Source: Rhizobiaceae bacterium (GTDB lineage: Bacteria; Pseudomonadota; Alphaproteobacteria; Rhizobiales; Rhizobiaceae). From it: a DNA stretch of 64,000 nucleotides. Both the position numbers and the translations under genes were made by a program. The stretch is taken from assembly GCA_965232405.1 (NCBI GenBank), contig OZ246966.1, positions 1,417,731 to 1,481,730 of the forward strand, read 5' to 3'. The notes beneath the pieces are model-generated. The model did not search any database. It had not been told where the DNA came from and was given only the letters and a program-made list of their open reading frames with translations. Below are positions 32,170-44,521 of the stretch, piece by piece (position 1 is the first letter of the stretch; every line of letters starts with the position of its first letter).

Positions 32170-33132
32170 CTAGTCGCGGAATACACGCCTTGGATGAAAC
32201 ATGCCCGCGTCGATTGCGCCCAGAGCAACCAGCCGGCCGCGCGCCACAGCGCAGGCCTCGTCCGCCTCAACCGGCGCGCCGGCGCCGCGCACAATCGCCG
32301 GATTGCCGAGACGGACCTTGCGGGCCGCGTCGTCACTCAGCATAACCTGCGGCAGAAACGATAGTGCCGCCCCCGTATCGAGGAGCATCGCATCGAGAGA
32401 GCCGAAGCTGGCGGGCGCGGGCGGCAGCAACCGGTCGCCATCACGCTCGCGTGCGGGCGCTGCGGCCTCGAGCGCATCCAGCGTGACGAGTTGCTCAGGC
32501 GTGAACGGATCGACCTCTGTGCGGCGCAGATCGGCAATGTGGCCGTAACAGCCCAGTTCGCGCCCCATGTCGCGGGCGATGGAACGGACATAGGTGCCCT
32601 TGCCGCATTCGATCTCGAACACGGTGTGGCCGGCATCGGGCATCTCGACAATCTCAAGCCGGCCGATCTCCACTTCCCGCGCGGGAATGTCGATCTCCTC
32701 GCCCTCGCGCGCCAGGTCGTAGGCGCGTTCACCGCCGATCTTGATCGCCGAGAATTGCGGCGGGGTCTGCATCACTAGGCCGGTGAATTGCGGCAGTAGC
32801 GCGCGAATGGCGGCTTCCGAGGGCCGCAAATCAGATGTCTTTGTCGCCTCGCCCTCGCGGTCGTCGGTCGAGCGCTCCTCGCCCCACTCAACAGTAAAAC
32901 GATAGACCTTGGCGCCATCCATGACATAGGGAACCGTCTTGGTGGCGTCGCCAAGCGCGATCGGCAACATGCCGGATGCAAGCGGATCGAGCGTGCCGGC
33001 ATGGCCGGCCTTTTCGGCATTGAACAGCCATTTGACCTTGGACACGGCCTCGGTCGAGCCCATTCCGACGGGCTTGTCGAAGACCACCCAGCCTGAAACC
33101 GGACGGCCCTTCTTCTTGCGGTTGCGGGGCAC
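32170..33132 (-). CDS. truB: tRNA pseudouridine(55) synthase
   Basis: [23 protein letters not shown]. Confidence 0.97.
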   Translation of the reverse strand: MPRNRKKKGRPVSGWVVFDKPVGMGSTEAVSKVKWLFNAEKAGHAGTLDPLASGMLPIALGDATKTVPYVMDGAKVYRFTVEWGEERSTDDREGEATKTSDLRPSEAAIRALLPQFTGLVMQTPPQFSAIKIGGERAYDLAREGEEIDIPAREVEIGRLEIVEMPDAGHTVFEIECGKGTYVRSIARDMGRELGCYGHIADLRRTEVDPFTPEQLVTLDALEAAAPARERDGDRLLPPAPASFGSLDAMLLDTGAALSFLPQVMLSDDAARKVRLGNPAIVRGAGAPVEADEACAVARGRLVALGAIDAGMFHPRRVFRD

Positions 33133-33542
33133 TAGTCCTTGTCCCCCTCGCCGTCATCGTCCAGATCGCGTGCGACTTCGGGCGAGCGCAGAAGCTCGTC
33201 GATCCTGGCCATATTGTCGAAGCTGGTATCCAGCCGGAACCTGATCTCGGGCATGAATTTCATCTGGCGCAGTTCAGGCGTGACGCGGCCGCGTATGAAT
33301 TTCGCGTGGCGGTTCAATGCGTTGACGACTGCGTCATCATCGTCGGCGGCAAGCGGCGCGACAAAGGCGGTTGCGATCTTGAGGTCGGGCGACATGCGCA
33401 CTTCCGAAACGGAAATGACAGTTGCCTCGATCGCGTCGTCTCGCACGTCGCCGCGCTGAAGCACGGTAGACAGCGCATGACGCACCTGCTCGCCAACACG
33501 AAGCTGACGCTGGGACGGGCCCGAGGAAGAGAATTTCGACAC
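33132..33542 (-). CDS. rbfA: Ribosome-binding factor A
   Basis: [32 protein letters not shown]; GTG start. Confidence 0.95.
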   Translation of the reverse strand: MSKFSSSGPSQRQLRVGEQVRHALSTVLQRGDVRDDAIEATVISVSEVRMSPDLKIATAFVAPLAADDDDAVVNALNRHAKFIRGRVTPELRQMKFMPEIRFRLDTSFDNMARIDELLRSPEVARDLDDDGEGDKD

Positions 33543-33662
33543 TGTAAAGTCCCTGAAACCGTGCAGGACGGGATCGAACCGCCCTGCATGTTCAATTCGG
33601 CATTTTCGCTGCTGGCGGCGCGGTGGCGGCAACAGCCACCAGCCGCATCCTGTTCAATCGTC

Positions 33663-36197
33663 CTAGAGCGAGCGCGTGACCATCTCGACCCGATAGGCCT
33701 CGATGACGTCGCCCTGACGAATGTCTTCGTAATTGGCGAAGGCCATGCCGCATTCCTGGCCGGCCGGCACTTCGCCCACCTCATCCTTGAAGCGCTTCAG
33801 CGTCTTCAGCGTGCCTTCGTGGATGACGACGTTGTCACGGATCAGGCGCACGCCGGCACCACGCTCGACCTTGCCCTCGGTTACGCGGCAACCCGCGACC
33901 TTGCCGACCTTGGTGATGTTAAACACCTCCAGGATTTCGGCGTTGCCGAGGAAGGTTTCGCGCCGCTCGGGCGACAGCAGGCCCGACATGGCCGCTTTGA
34001 TGTCATCCACGAGGTCGTAGATGATGTTGTAATAGCGGATCTCAATGCCCGCCTGTTCGGCGGCGTCGCGCGCCTGCCTGTTGGCGCGGACGTTGAAGCC
34101 GATGATCACGGCCTCCGACGTTTCGGCCAGCGAAACATCGCTCTCGGTGATCGCGCCCGCGCCGGCATGAACGATGCGCGCACGCACCTCGTCGGTGCCC
34201 AGCTTGTCGAGCGCGGCCACAATGGCCTCGATCGAACCCTGCACATCGCCCTTGATGAGCAGCGGGAACTCGGAGAGTTCGCTCGTCTGCAACTGCGTCA
34301 TCATCTGCTCGAGCGATCCGCGCTGGCCGGCCTGACGGGCGACCGATTTCTCGCGGGCAAGACGCTGGCGGTACTCGGAAATCTCGCGGGCCCGGGCTTC
34401 GTTTTCGACCACCGCAAAGCGGTCGCCCGCCTGCGGCGTGCCCTGCAGGCCCAGGATCTCGACCGGCATTGACGGGCCTGCTTCCTTGATCTGGTCGCCC
34501 TTGTCGTTGACCAGCGCGCGCACACGGCCCCACTCGTTGCCGGCAACAATAATGTCGCCCGGCTTCAGCGTACCGGCCTGAACCAGCACGGTGGCGACCG
34601 AGCCGCGGCCCTTGTCCAGCTTGGCTTCGATAACCACGCCTTCGGCGGTGCGGTCCGGATTGGCCTTCAGCTCCAGCACTTCGGCCTGCAGCAGGATCGC
34701 CTCCAGCAAGCCGTCGAGATTGGTGCCCTTGATCGCGGAGACTTCGACTTCCTGAACGTCGCCGCCCATCGATTCCACGAACACCTCATGCTGCAGCAGT
34801 TCGGTGCGAACCTTCTGCGCGTCGGCTTCGGGCTTGTCGATCTTGTTGATCGCCACGATCAGCGGAACGCCGGCCTCCTTGGCGTGATTGATGGATTCCA
34901 CCGTCTGCGGCATCACCGAATCGTCGGCCGCCACCACGAGAATGGCGATATCGGTCGACTGCGCGCCGCGCGCGCGCATTGCGGTAAAGGCCGCGTGGCC
35001 AGGCGTATCGATGAAGGTGATCTTCTGGCCGTTCTGCTCGACCTGATAGGCGCCGATATGCTGGGTGATGCCGCCGGCCTCGCCGGACACGACATTGGCG
35101 TTGCGGATGGCATCCAGCAGCGACGTTTTGCCGTGATCGACATGGCCCATGATGGTGACCACGGGCGGACGCGGCTTCATGTCTTCCGGCTTGTCCTCGA
35201 TGTCGAAGAAACCTTCCTCGACGTCCGATTCCGAAACGCGCTTCACGGTGTGGCCAAATTCGCCGGCGACCAGTTCAGCCGTATCGGCGTCGATGACGTC
35301 GCCCGGCTTCATCATCTGGCCTTCCTTCATGAAGTACTTGATCACCTCGACGGAACGCTCGGCCATACGGGCGGCGAGTTCCTGAATGGTGATCGTCTCA
35401 GGCAGCACGACCTCACGGGCAATCTTCTCGCGCGGCTCCTGATGCTGGGCGCGCTTGAACTTTTCCTGCCTGCGGCGCATCGCCGAAAGCGAACGGCCAC
35501 GGCCGCCTTCGTCGCCGGACAACGCGGAATTGAGCGTCAGCTTGCCACGGCGGCGATTGTCTTCGACCTTGGGCTTCGCCGGCCGGGGCGCGGGCATCTC
35601 GGGACGCGCGGCACTGCGCTTGGCGCCACCACGCGATGCCGACTTGTCTTCCTCGTCGGCCACTTCCGGCTCAGGCGCACGACGGCGTGCCTCTTCCTCG
35701 GAACGGCGGCGTGCTTCGGCCTCGGCCTGAAGACGCGCTTCCTCTTCAGCCTGACGCTGGGCCGATTCCTCGCGTTCGCGGGCGCGGCGCTCGTCTTCCT
35801 CGGCGCGGCGCTTGGCCTCCTCGGCAGCGCGCTTGCGGTCCTCGACCTCGCGAACCTTCGCGCCCTCAAGCGCCCGGCGGCGGGCCTCCATCTCCTCGTT
35901 GGAGAGTTCGTTCAGCACAACGCAGGAACCGCCTGACGACGGCTTGGGAGCCTCGGCAGCCTTTTCAGCGGGCTGGGGTGCAGCCGGCTGGCGCGGCTTG
36001 AATACCGTCGCGGCCTCTGACTTTTCGTCGGGACGCGAGAACTTCCGCTTCTTGGTCTCAACGACGACGGACTTCGAGCGGCCATGCGAGAAACTCTGCC
36101 GCACGGTTCCCTGTTCCACGGACGGTCTTTTCAGTGTCAGCGTCTTCTTGCCGCCGACACTCAGGGTCTTGTCATCGCTCGATTTCGTATCGCTCAT
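33663..36197 (-). CDS. infB: Translation initiation factor IF-2
   Basis: [21 protein letters not shown]. Confidence 0.98.
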   Translation of the reverse strand: MSDTKSSDDKTLSVGGKKTLTLKRPSVEQGTVRQSFSHGRSKSVVVETKKRKFSRPDEKSEAATVFKPRQPAAPQPAEKAAEAPKPSSGGSCVVLNELSNEEMEARRRALEGAKVREVEDRKRAAEEAKRRAEEDERRAREREESAQRQAEEEARLQAEAEARRRSEEEARRRAPEPEVADEEDKSASRGGAKRSAARPEMPAPRPAKPKVEDNRRRGKLTLNSALSGDEGGRGRSLSAMRRRQEKFKRAQHQEPREKIAREVVLPETITIQELAARMAERSVEVIKYFMKEGQMMKPGDVIDADTAELVAGEFGHTVKRVSESDVEEGFFDIEDKPEDMKPRPPVVTIMGHVDHGKTSLLDAIRNANVVSGEAGGITQHIGAYQVEQNGQKITFIDTPGHAAFTAMRARGAQSTDIAILVVAADDSVMPQTVESINHAKEAGVPLIVAINKIDKPEADAQKVRTELLQHEVFVESMGGDVQEVEVSAIKGTNLDGLLEAILLQAEVLELKANPDRTAEGVVIEAKLDKGRGSVATVLVQAGTLKPGDIIVAGNEWGRVRALVNDKGDQIKEAGPSMPVEILGLQGTPQAGDRFAVVENEARAREISEYRQRLAREKSVARQAGQRGSLEQMMTQLQTSELSEFPLLIKGDVQGSIEAIVAALDKLGTDEVRARIVHAGAGAITESDVSLAETSEAVIIGFNVRANRQARDAAEQAGIEIRYYNIIYDLVDDIKAAMSGLLSPERRETFLGNAEILEVFNITKVGKVAGCRVTEGKVERGAGVRLIRDNVVIHEGTLKTLKRFKDEVGEVPAGQECGMAFANYEDIRQGDVIEAYRVEMVTRSL

Positions 36198-36844
36198 TCC
36201 ATATCCTTTGCAGGCGTCATGTCCTCAGATTCGGGTGCGATCGATGCCGGATGGTAATCCAATCCCGTCCGGTAACGGTCGAGCGCAACCACGCGCCTGA
36301 GCGCCGCCGTGCCCGCCTCCGAGGCGAGCACGGCAGCATGTATCACATTTGTTGCCCCCAATGCCAAACCCAATTCGGCTTCCGAAAAGAGTTTGAACGC
36401 CGGAATATCGGGGCCTCCGGCCAGTTTCGTCGCGCGTCGGGCCTGGGTAAGCTTGCGCACCCCATCGTCCGACGCCTCGTGTGCATGCAAAACGGCTGCT
36501 GCCTTGCCTGAGCGGACTGCGCCATCAACCTTGGATGCGCCAAGTGCCACAGCACCGGCCTTGCGGGCAAGCCCGAGAACCCCCAGCGCAGCCGAAGAAA
36601 GCAGTCCGTCGACCATCTGCCCGAGGTCGGGCGAAACCTTGACGCCGGTCTTCAGCGCGCGCGCAAATAGGTTCTTCGCCGCCGCGCGTTCTACGTGGTC
36701 ACGGTCAGCAGTGACCCAGCAACCCCGCCCCGGCAGTTTGCGCCTGATATCGGGAACGACCTGGCCATCCGGCCCCGCGACAAAACGCAGAAGCGCTTCC
36801 GGCTCCCGCGCCTGACGCGTCACGATGCATGTGCGGTCGTTCAT
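36194..36844 (-). CDS. YlxR/DUF448 RNA-binding protein with L7Ae-like C-terminus
   Basis: RTCIVTR, LLRFV, GRGCWV; between nusA and infB. Confidence 0.9.
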   Translation of the reverse strand: MNDRTCIVTRQAREPEALLRFVAGPDGQVVPDIRRKLPGRGCWVTADRDHVERAAAKNLFARALKTGVKVSPDLGQMVDGLLSSAALGVLGLARKAGAVALGASKVDGAVRSGKAAAVLHAHEASDDGVRKLTQARRATKLAGGPDIPAFKLFSEAELGLALGATNVIHAAVLASEAGTAALRRVVALDRYRTGLDYHPASIAPESEDMTPAKDME

Positions 36845-36892
36845 TTCTATCAAGGTCCACTCCGGACTGGGTACAGGTCGCCGGCATGACGA

Positions 36893-38506
36893 TCAGGCTA
36901 CGGACGCGGCCGTTTCGGCCTCGCCTTCGCCTTCCTCGCCGGCATCGCCAGCAAGGTCTTCCTCGGTCACCCAGCCGGCAGCCAGCCGGGCCGACATGAC
37001 CATGTGCTCGGCGTCGGCACGGGTCACGCCGAACGGTGTGAGAACGCCGTCGAAGAACTTGGTCTCGCCGTCCTTGCGCTCGCGCCAGCCGACAAGGTCG
37101 TCAACCGCGTAGCCGGCAAAATCCTCGATGGTCTTCACATCGTCTTCGCCGAGCGCAACCATCATGGCAGTGGTGATGCCGGGCACCTGGCGCAGCTCAT
37201 CTTCCACGCCGAGTTCCTTGCGCTTGGCATCCTGCTCGGCCTCGATGCGCTCCAGATATTCGCGGGCACGCGTCTGGATTTCCTCGGCCGTCTCCTCGTC
37301 GAAGCCCTCGATGGAGGCAACTTCGTCGGCATCGACATAGGCTACTTCCTCGACGCTCGAAAAGCCTTCCGAGGCGAGCACCTGACCGACCATCTCGTCG
37401 ACGTCGAGCGCTTCCATGAACAGGTTCGAACGGTCGACGAATTCCTTCTGGCGACGCTGCGATTCCTCTTCCTCGGTCAGGATGTCGATATCCCAGCCTG
37501 TGAGCTGCGAAGCCAGACGCACATTCTGGCCGCGGCGGCCGATAGCCAGCGAAAGCTGGTCGTCGGGCACCACCACCTCGATCTTTTCGGCATCCTCGTC
37601 GAGCACGACCTTGGCGACTTCCGCCGGTTGCAGCGCGTTGACGATGAAGGTCGCCGCGTTGTCGTTCCACGGGATGATGTCGATCTTCTCGCCCTGAAGT
37701 TCGCCGACCACCGCCTGCACGCGCGAACCGCGCATGCCGACGCAGGCGCCGACCGGGTCGATCGAGCTGTCGCGCGAGATCACGGCGATCTTGGCGCGCG
37801 AGCCCGGGTCGCGGGCGACCGACTTGATTTCGATGATGCCGTCGTAAATCTCCGGCACTTCCATGGCGAACAGCTTGGCCATGAACTGCGGATGGGTGCG
37901 CGACAGGAAGATCTGCGGTCCGCGCTGCTCGCGCCGCACGTCATAGACATAGGCGCGTACGCGGTCGCCATATTTGAACAGCTCGCGCGGGATCAGCTCG
38001 TCGCGGCGGACAATCGCCTCGCCACGGCCCAGATCGACAATCACATTACCATATTCGACGCGCTTGACCGTGCCGTTGACGATCTCGCCGATGCGATCCT
38101 TGTATTCCTCATACTGGCGGTCGCGCTCGGCCTCGCGCACCTTCTGCACGATGACCTGCTTGGCCGACTGGGCGGCGATGCGGCCGAAATCCATCGGCGG
38201 CAGCTGCTCGGCCAGGAAATCGCCGGGCTGGGCGTCGGGATTGCGGGTACGGGCGTCCTTCAGCGAGATCTGACGGGCCGGCTCCTCAACGTCCTCGGCA
38301 ACCTCCATCAGGCGCTGAAGCTTCATCTCGCCGGTCTGCGGATTGATGTCGGCGCGGATGTTGGTCTCCTGGCCGTAGCGCGAGCGCGCCGCCTTCTGGA
38401 TGGCGTCGGCCATCGCGTCGATAACGATCGTCTTGTCGATCGACTTCTCGCGCGCCACCGCATCGGCGATCTGCAAGAGTTCCAGCCTGTTCGCACTGAC
38501 TGCCAT
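36893..38506 (-). CDS. nusA: Transcription termination/antitermination factor NusA
   Basis: [34 protein letters not shown]. Confidence 0.98.
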   Translation of the reverse strand: MAVSANRLELLQIADAVAREKSIDKTIVIDAMADAIQKAARSRYGQETNIRADINPQTGEMKLQRLMEVAEDVEEPARQISLKDARTRNPDAQPGDFLAEQLPPMDFGRIAAQSAKQVIVQKVREAERDRQYEEYKDRIGEIVNGTVKRVEYGNVIVDLGRGEAIVRRDELIPRELFKYGDRVRAYVYDVRREQRGPQIFLSRTHPQFMAKLFAMEVPEIYDGIIEIKSVARDPGSRAKIAVISRDSSIDPVGACVGMRGSRVQAVVGELQGEKIDIIPWNDNAATFIVNALQPAEVAKVVLDEDAEKIEVVVPDDQLSLAIGRRGQNVRLASQLTGWDIDILTEEEESQRRQKEFVDRSNLFMEALDVDEMVGQVLASEGFSSVEEVAYVDADEVASIEGFDEETAEEIQTRAREYLERIEAEQDAKRKELGVEDELRQVPGITTAMMVALGEDDVKTIEDFAGYAVDDLVGWRERKDGETKFFDGVLTPFGVTRADAEHMVMSARLAAGWVTEEDLAGDAGEEGEGEAETAASVA

Positions 38507-38565
38507 TTTCATCTCCTTACGCGTTGCCGCCGCTCACCGGCGGGCGCTGCATTCCCTCAGTTCTG

Positions 38566-39177
38566 TTATCCGGCGTCACCGCCGGACCGTTTCTGCTTCT
38601 TGCGCTCGTCGCGCAGTTTCCTGTCATTCTTCAATGCCTCGCGCACAAGATCGTCGGTCAGCACAAGTTTGGCTTCCGAGATCGCGTCGAAGGGGATGGC
38701 GACCGTCGCTTCCTCACCCTCGCCCGGATTGTCGCGCTCGATCGTGACGCCGCTTTCGGCAGCTTCAAGAACAGTGCCTCGAAAGCGCTTGCGCCCGCCG
38801 ACCATGACCGATGTCTCGACCTTGGCGACATGGCCCACGGCGGCGGCGAAATCTTCGGCGCGTACAAGCGGCCGGTCGATGCCGGGCGAAGACACTTCCA
38901 GATTGTAGGCACGGTCGATCGGGTCCTCGACATCGAGCGCGGGCGACAGCGCGTGGCTTGCCTCTTCGCAATCCTCGATCGTCATCGTGCCGTCCGGCCG
39001 TTCGGCCATGATCTGCAGGGTCAGGCCGTTCTGGGACATCAGCCTTGCGCGCACCAGTCGCAGGCCGATCGTCTCCAGCACCGGGCCGACAATGGCCGCC
39101 ACGCGTGCGTCGACACCGCTTTCGCGGATGAAGCGATCGTCCTTGAACTGGACGCTGGTATCTGCCGATTCCGTCAA
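38566..39177 (-). CDS. rimP: Ribosome maturation factor RimP
   Basis: [28 protein letters not shown]. Confidence 0.96.
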   Translation of the reverse strand: MTESADTSVQFKDDRFIRESGVDARVAAIVGPVLETIGLRLVRARLMSQNGLTLQIMAERPDGTMTIEDCEEASHALSPALDVEDPIDRAYNLEVSSPGIDRPLVRAEDFAAAVGHVAKVETSVMVGGRKRFRGTVLEAAESGVTIERDNPGEGEEATVAIPFDAISEAKLVLTDDLVREALKNDRKLRDERKKQKRSGGDAG

Positions 39178-39211
39178 ACTGTCCGGGTCCGAAACTCGGT
39201 TGCGGCCGGTA

Positions 39212-39245
39212 ACAAAAAAGAGCGGGACCGGGTGGACCCACTCTT
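39212..39245 (-). terminator. Attenuator-like hairpin in rimP leader
   Basis: Minus strand AAGAGTGGG-tccacccggt-CCCGCTCTT-TTTTGTT. Confidence 0.7.
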
Positions 39246-39272
39246 CGTCATACCGACCAAGAATTTGAAGCC

Positions 39273-39301
39273 GATATAGTCCCGAAACGCCCTCATTGCA
39301 A
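39273..39301 (-). promoter_or_regulatory. Sigma70-type promoter of rimP operon
   Basis: Minus strand TTGCAA-N17-TATATC. Confidence 0.65.
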
Positions 39302-39375
39302 GGCCCGTAACCGGGCCGTCACCGGCTGATCGCCCTGGGCGGACGCGGCATGTTCCGCATCCGCCTTCGGGTCGG

Positions 39376-41181
39376 TCAGTTGAGCGGCACCCTGACGCCT
39401 GCCTGCAGGGTGTAGCTGCGGTTGTTGCCGGCAAGGCCGCGCGCCTGCAGGGCAAGATCGATCGTCCCGCCATTGGCCAACGCGAAGGCCAGACCGGTCT
39501 CCAGATCGAGCGTGAACGCGGCCGAGGTCAGCGTGCCAAGCCCGCCGCCAAGCAGGAGGTTGCGCGCCCGCTGGGCAAAGACGTTTGCACTCACACCGAA
39601 GCGCGGCGTGATTGCGCGCACACGCTCGCCGGAGCGCAGGATCGGCCGGGCCACATTGAGCTTGCCGGTGAAGTAGAGCGTGGAGTCGCTGGTCGACGGT
39701 ACCACAAGGCCTGCAGAGTCGGTGTAGCCGCCATTGGTGACATGGTTCCACGTGCCCGACACTGCGGGCGTCACCACCCATCCACCGGCTGCGAAGGGCC
39801 GCGACAGGGCCGCCGACACCGCCCAGAAGGACGAGGTGTAGAAGCCGGTGGCGCCGCCAAGCGTGATGTTGTGGCCGCCCCATTCATGCAGGCCCGACAG
39901 GCCGAAACGGAAGCCGCTCGGCAGGTTGATCTTGGTGTAGAGGCCGACACCGCCCGCCACGCTGGTCAGGCTGCCGCCGATCGTGGCCGACTGGACCGTG
40001 CCGGTCAGGATGTGGGCAAGGAAGCCGACATCGACCGCCGGGGTTACGCCGACAACCACGCCGGCCTGCAGCGCGCCGGCAGCACCGGTCCTGCCGAGCG
40101 TGCCGTCGAGGATGGAGCCCTGCGCGCGCATCCACAGATTGGCCGGCTTGCCGCCAACCGCAAAGCCATGCTGGCTGGCGGTGCTGATCGTTGTCATGGG
40201 ATGTTTGGCATAACCCACAGCCGTCACCGGCCAGGGAACATTGCGACCAAACCGTTCGGCAACTGGGGCGTAGAGAATCCGTTCGCCATCGCCGAGTTCA
40301 TCGGGATCGTTGATCGGAGGAAGCGCGCTGCCGTTTGCTCCAGCGTTCGGGATGCCGTTTTCCTCAAGGCAGTCTCCCAATCGCTGCCGTGCTACCTTGA
40401 TATCTGAACTAATGTCCTCCAAGTCGCCGACGATTATCTCGACCCTCTTTGACATCCGATCCAGCTCCCGCTCTCGGTAGCCGATTTTGGCTGCCAGCGT
40501 CTCCCCGGGCAAGCTCTGAGTCGGGGTGTGTATCAGGTCGCCAGATCGACGCTCGATTGCTGACAGCTCAAACTCCAGCTCATCCCGTCTGGTAACCAGA
40601 TTCCCAATCCAGCGCTGGTAGGTGCCGCAGGGATCAACATCCGACGAACCTGATCCGGGCAGGTTGGTGGGATCGCTGCTGGGACGCGAGCCGGTTGTGG
40701 TGTTCTGGAGCGCATCGCGCTTGGCCGCAGCTTCATCACCGGACGTTGTCGGCGTCCCGCCACCGCCGCCACCACCGCTGCTATTGCAGGTGCCGGTCGC
40801 CGTCATGCGCGATTCGTGCACGAAAACCTCGACATTCGTCGTGACATCAGCCGCGGTTGCGTTGATGAGAACATAGTTGCCGGGCGCGACAGCGATGACC
40901 GTGACGCCGTTGAGGATCAGGTTGACAAGGGCGCCAGGTGTCAGTGCCGAGACATGGAACGACATGATCTCGCCCGGCTGCAGGGTGAGCGGATAGGTCT
41001 CGGTGTTGAAGGTCGCCGGATTGCCGTCGTTTTCTTCGATGGTCCGACCATTGACCTGATCGCAGGTCAGCGCCCAGGCGCTTTCGGCAACAAACAGCGA
41101 TACCAGAAGAGAAGCGAAGAATGCGGACTTTCGCACCAGTCCGCGCAGGCCACGGCCCGCAGCCTTAGACATCCAACCCAT
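39376..41181 (-). CDS. Autotransporter-like outer membrane protein (signal peptide, small passenger, C-terminal beta-barrel)
   Basis: Signal peptide ending AWA|LT; poly-Gly linker; alternating beta-strand pattern in the C-terminal ~280 aa; ends LQAGVRVPLN. Confidence 0.75.
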   Translation of the reverse strand: MGWMSKAAGRGLRGLVRKSAFFASLLVSLFVAESAWALTCDQVNGRTIEENDGNPATFNTETYPLTLQPGEIMSFHVSALTPGALVNLILNGVTVIAVAPGNYVLINATAADVTTNVEVFVHESRMTATGTCNSSGGGGGGGTPTTSGDEAAAKRDALQNTTTGSRPSSDPTNLPGSGSSDVDPCGTYQRWIGNLVTRRDELEFELSAIERRSGDLIHTPTQSLPGETLAAKIGYRERELDRMSKRVEIIVGDLEDISSDIKVARQRLGDCLEENGIPNAGANGSALPPINDPDELGDGERILYAPVAERFGRNVPWPVTAVGYAKHPMTTISTASQHGFAVGGKPANLWMRAQGSILDGTLGRTGAAGALQAGVVVGVTPAVDVGFLAHILTGTVQSATIGGSLTSVAGGVGLYTKINLPSGFRFGLSGLHEWGGHNITLGGATGFYTSSFWAVSAALSRPFAAGGWVVTPAVSGTWNHVTNGGYTDSAGLVVPSTSDSTLYFTGKLNVARPILRSGERVRAITPRFGVSANVFAQRARNLLLGGGLGTLTSAAFTLDLETGLAFALANGGTIDLALQARGLAGNNRSYTLQAGVRVPLN

Positions 41182-41322
41182 TACGTCCCACCCGTTGCAC
41201 GCAAATCCAAGCCGCAAGCGGACCTTAGGTCAGGTGTTTGCAGAGGGCTTGGGCTGAAGCGAATCGAATCTTGGGCTGTAACGAACTGTTAACCGCAGCT
41301 TGGCCGCTGTTGCATGAATGCA

Positions 41323-42288
41323 TCAGCCCCTGGGCTGGTTGCGCCGGTGGGCATGCCTGACATCTCCCGGCGTCATGGCATAGCGTGCGCGAAAGGCCTG
41401 ATTGAAATAGGACAGATCGCCGAAACCGCAGGAAAACGCGATCTCGCTGATATTCAGGTGGCTGGAGCCCGGATCCGCCAGCCGCGCATAGGCGCGCTCC
41501 AGCCTTTGATTGCGAACGAAATCGCGAAAGGTCGTCTCTTCCGATCTGAACAACGCCTGCAGATAGCGATGCGAAATGCCGGCTCGTTTCGCTACCAACT
41601 CCACCGTGAGATCGCGCCGGTGCAAATTGCGCAGAATATATTCCCTGATCTGCATCAGCCGTGCGGCGCGGACGCCCGAGCCGGCGTGATCTTCCTGGTC
41701 GGCTGGCTCGGTCCCCAGCGCCATGCCCAGAATATCGCAGATGTGACTGGAAGCGAGCGCTTCCAGTTCGGGCGTCAGATCAACCGCCTCATCCAGCAGC
41801 GAATGCGCATAGTTTGTGAGCAAACCAAGCGCGGGCGATGCGGGCAGGGTCGATCCGGCCTTGTCCATCGCGTCTTTCAGGGGACCGTCGAGAAGATTGC
41901 GCGGCAGTGACAATGACAGGCGGGTCATGGCCCTGTTGGCGATGTAGGATGGCTTGTCGCCCGGCATGATGACGGCTTCGCCCGGCCCGCACTGCACTTC
42001 GTTGCGACCGTGCCTGTAGTGGGCTTCTCCCGTCAAAGGCATGGAGAGCACGAGATTATCGTTGCCGTCCGCAACATGCGCGGCTGTCCGTTTCATCGAC
42101 AGTGGCGAAAGCCGCGAAATAGCGATGGTCATTCCGTTCGACATCAACCGCAACGAAGCGTCGACCTCGAGCGGGGCTCCGTCCAGACCGGCTTTTTCGA
42201 GATCGAGGACGTGGCTGAGCACCTCACTGTAGCGCGAGGAACGCCGGTCCTTGGGGTAATCCCCAGACGAAAAACGCACCAATCCCAT
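41323..42288 (-). CDS. AraC family transcriptional regulator
   Basis: GISHRYLQALF, NISEIAFSCGFGDLSYFNQAFRARYAMTP. Confidence 0.93.
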   Translation of the reverse strand: MGLVRFSSGDYPKDRRSSRYSEVLSHVLDLEKAGLDGAPLEVDASLRLMSNGMTIAISRLSPLSMKRTAAHVADGNDNLVLSMPLTGEAHYRHGRNEVQCGPGEAVIMPGDKPSYIANRAMTRLSLSLPRNLLDGPLKDAMDKAGSTLPASPALGLLTNYAHSLLDEAVDLTPELEALASSHICDILGMALGTEPADQEDHAGSGVRAARLMQIREYILRNLHRRDLTVELVAKRAGISHRYLQALFRSEETTFRDFVRNQRLERAYARLADPGSSHLNISEIAFSCGFGDLSYFNQAFRARYAMTPGDVRHAHRRNQPRG

Positions 42289-42372
42289 GGAAAGTCCCTT
42301 CCCCTACGGAAGACAGACTGCCACGAATTTGCGCAAAGCACGACCCACCGGCCGCAAAACCGCACCCGGCGG

Positions 42373-43077
42373 TTAACCGGCGACCCTGACGAAGGTGAGA
42401 TAGGCGGGGGTTCTGCCTTCCCTTATCGCCTTCGCCTCGTAGCGCGTTCCGGGCCAGCCGGGATAGGGATTGCGCCAGTCTTCGGCAGATCGGGCCATCC
42501 AGTCGAATGCCGGATGCGACCGGCAGGCCGACAGGGTCCAGTTCACGTAAGTGTCGATATCGGATGCGAAACGCAACGCGCTGCCGGGCTTCAACACGCG
42601 GGCAAAGCGGTCGAGATTTGCCTTGCTGACGAAACGCCGCTTCCAGTGCTTCTTCTTCGGCCAGGGATCGGGATAGAGCAGATCGATGCCCGACAGCGAT
42701 CCGTCGGGCAGCCAGTCGAGCAGTTGCGTGGCATCGTCGTCATAAACGCGAATGTTCGGCAGCGGATCGGTCTGCAGCGCCGACAAGAGCTTCGCCATAC
42801 CGTTGTGAAACGGCTCGACGCCGATGAACCCGCTGGCCGGCATCGACTGCGCTCGTGAAAGGAGATGCTCGCCGCCGCCGAAGCCGATCTCAAGCCGGAT
42901 ATCTTCGACATCGGCTTCAAACAGGTCATGCAGCCGCTGAGGAGACGGCGCGCCGATATCGACCTTGAGCCGGGGCAGCAGGGCGTCAAGCGCCTCCTGC
43001 TGGCCCGGCCGCAACGCCTTGCCGCGGCGGCGTCCGAAGAACGCTTCGGTCGCGCGCTTCGGACGATCGCCCGTCAT
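42373..43077 (-). CDS. trmB: tRNA (guanine-N7)-methyltransferase
   Basis: [28 protein letters not shown]. Confidence 0.96.
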   Translation of the reverse strand: MTGDRPKRATEAFFGRRRGKALRPGQQEALDALLPRLKVDIGAPSPQRLHDLFEADVEDIRLEIGFGGGEHLLSRAQSMPASGFIGVEPFHNGMAKLLSALQTDPLPNIRVYDDDATQLLDWLPDGSLSGIDLLYPDPWPKKKHWKRRFVSKANLDRFARVLKPGSALRFASDIDTYVNWTLSACRSHPAFDWMARSAEDWRNPYPGWPGTRYEAKAIREGRTPAYLTFVRVAG

Positions 43078-43083
43078 GCAGTC

Positions 43084-44352
43084 TTAAGCGGCCTGCGCCT
43101 TGCCGGCTGCGATGGCATCCTTGAGGTCCTTCACCAGATCGGTGCGCTCCCAGGAGAACGAGCCGTCGCGGCCCGGCTTGCGGCCGAAATGACCATAGGC
43201 CGAAGTCTTGGCGTAGATCGGCTTGTTGAGGTCGAGATGGCGGCGAATGCCGCCCGGCGAAAGGTCCATCACCTTGCGGATCGCCACTTCGACCTCTTCC
43301 TCCGTCACGCCCTTGCCGGTGCCGTCGAGGTCGACATAGACCGAAAGCGGCTGTGCGACGCCAATGGCGTAGGAAAGCTGGATCGTGCAACGGTCAGCCA
43401 GCTTTGCAGCGACCACATTCTTGGCGAGGTAGCGCGCGGCATAGGCGGCCGAGCGGTCGACCTTGGTGGTGTCCTTGCCGGAGAACGCGCCGCCGCCATG
43501 CGGTGCCGCACCGCCATAGGTGTCGACAATGATCTTGCGGCCGGTCAGGCCGGCGTCGCCGTCAGGACCGCCGATAACGAATTTCCCGGTCGGGTTGATG
43601 TACCAGTTGCAATTGTCGGCAATCTTGATGTCGCCCAGCCCAAGCGCCTCGCGGATATAGGGCTCCACGACCTGGCGAACCTTCTTGTTGTCCCAGCTCG
43701 CATCCATGTGCTGTGTCGAGAGCACGATTTCGGTCACTTCGACGGGCTTGCCGTCTTCGTAGCGAACGGTGACCTGGCTCTTGGCGTCGGGACCGAGCTT
43801 GCCGGCATCGCCCTCATTGGCATGGCGGGCAGCGGCGAGCAGTTCAAGGATCTTGTGCGAATAGTAGATCGGCGCCGGCATCAGGTCCGGCGTCTCGTTG
43901 CAGGCGTAACCGAACATGATGCCCTGGTCGCCAGCACCTTCCTCGCCCTGGCGGTCGGCGGAGTTGTCCACGCCCTGCGCAATGTCCGCCGACTGCGGGT
44001 GCAGCAGAACGTCAACCTTGGCCTTCTTCCAGTGAAAACCGTCCTGCTCGTAGCCGATCTTGCGGATGGCCTTGCGCGCCGCCGACTTGAACTTCGACGG
44101 GTTGATGACCCGGTTGCCCTTGCGGTCGACCTTGAACATGGAATCGGGAACGCGAACCTCGCCAGCGATGACGACGCGGTTGGTCGTGGTCAGCGTTTCG
44201 CAGGCCACGCGCACTGACCAGGGGTCAATACCGGTTTTCTTGGCTTCGCGGTAGACAAGATCTACGATCTCGTCGGATATCCGGTCGCATACCTTGTCGG
44301 GATGGCCTTCAGAAACGGATTCGGAGGTGAAAAGGTAATTTTGTCGCGACAC
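43084..44352 (-). CDS. metK: S-adenosylmethionine synthetase
   Basis: [33 protein letters not shown]; GTG start 44352 preferred. Confidence 0.98.
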   Translation of the reverse strand: MSRQNYLFTSESVSEGHPDKVCDRISDEIVDLVYREAKKTGIDPWSVRVACETLTTTNRVVIAGEVRVPDSMFKVDRKGNRVINPSKFKSAARKAIRKIGYEQDGFHWKKAKVDVLLHPQSADIAQGVDNSADRQGEEGAGDQGIMFGYACNETPDLMPAPIYYSHKILELLAAARHANEGDAGKLGPDAKSQVTVRYEDGKPVEVTEIVLSTQHMDASWDNKKVRQVVEPYIREALGLGDIKIADNCNWYINPTGKFVIGGPDGDAGLTGRKIIVDTYGGAAPHGGGAFSGKDTTKVDRSAAYAARYLAKNVVAAKLADRCTIQLSYAIGVAQPLSVYVDLDGTGKGVTEEEVEVAIRKVMDLSPGGIRRHLDLNKPIYAKTSAYGHFGRKPGRDGSFSWERTDLVKDLKDAIAAGKAQAA

Positions 44353-44521
44353 GGGTGTCCCCCTCTTGAACAAAAAGAACGGCGGCAGATGCTGCCGCCG
44401 AAAGGCGTACTGACTTATCCAGCGCTCCGGAGTGCGTCAAGCGCGTCCGCGCGCAAAACGGCTGAAAAGAGCACAAATTCGAGGGGTTTTTGCCGGCTGA
44501 TCGACTATCAGGACGTTCACG

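Noticed and set aside
40762-40782. Gly7 codon run as a phase-variation tract
   Set aside because: Trinucleotide, mixed-codon and in-frame; behaves as a linker, not a frameshifting SSR
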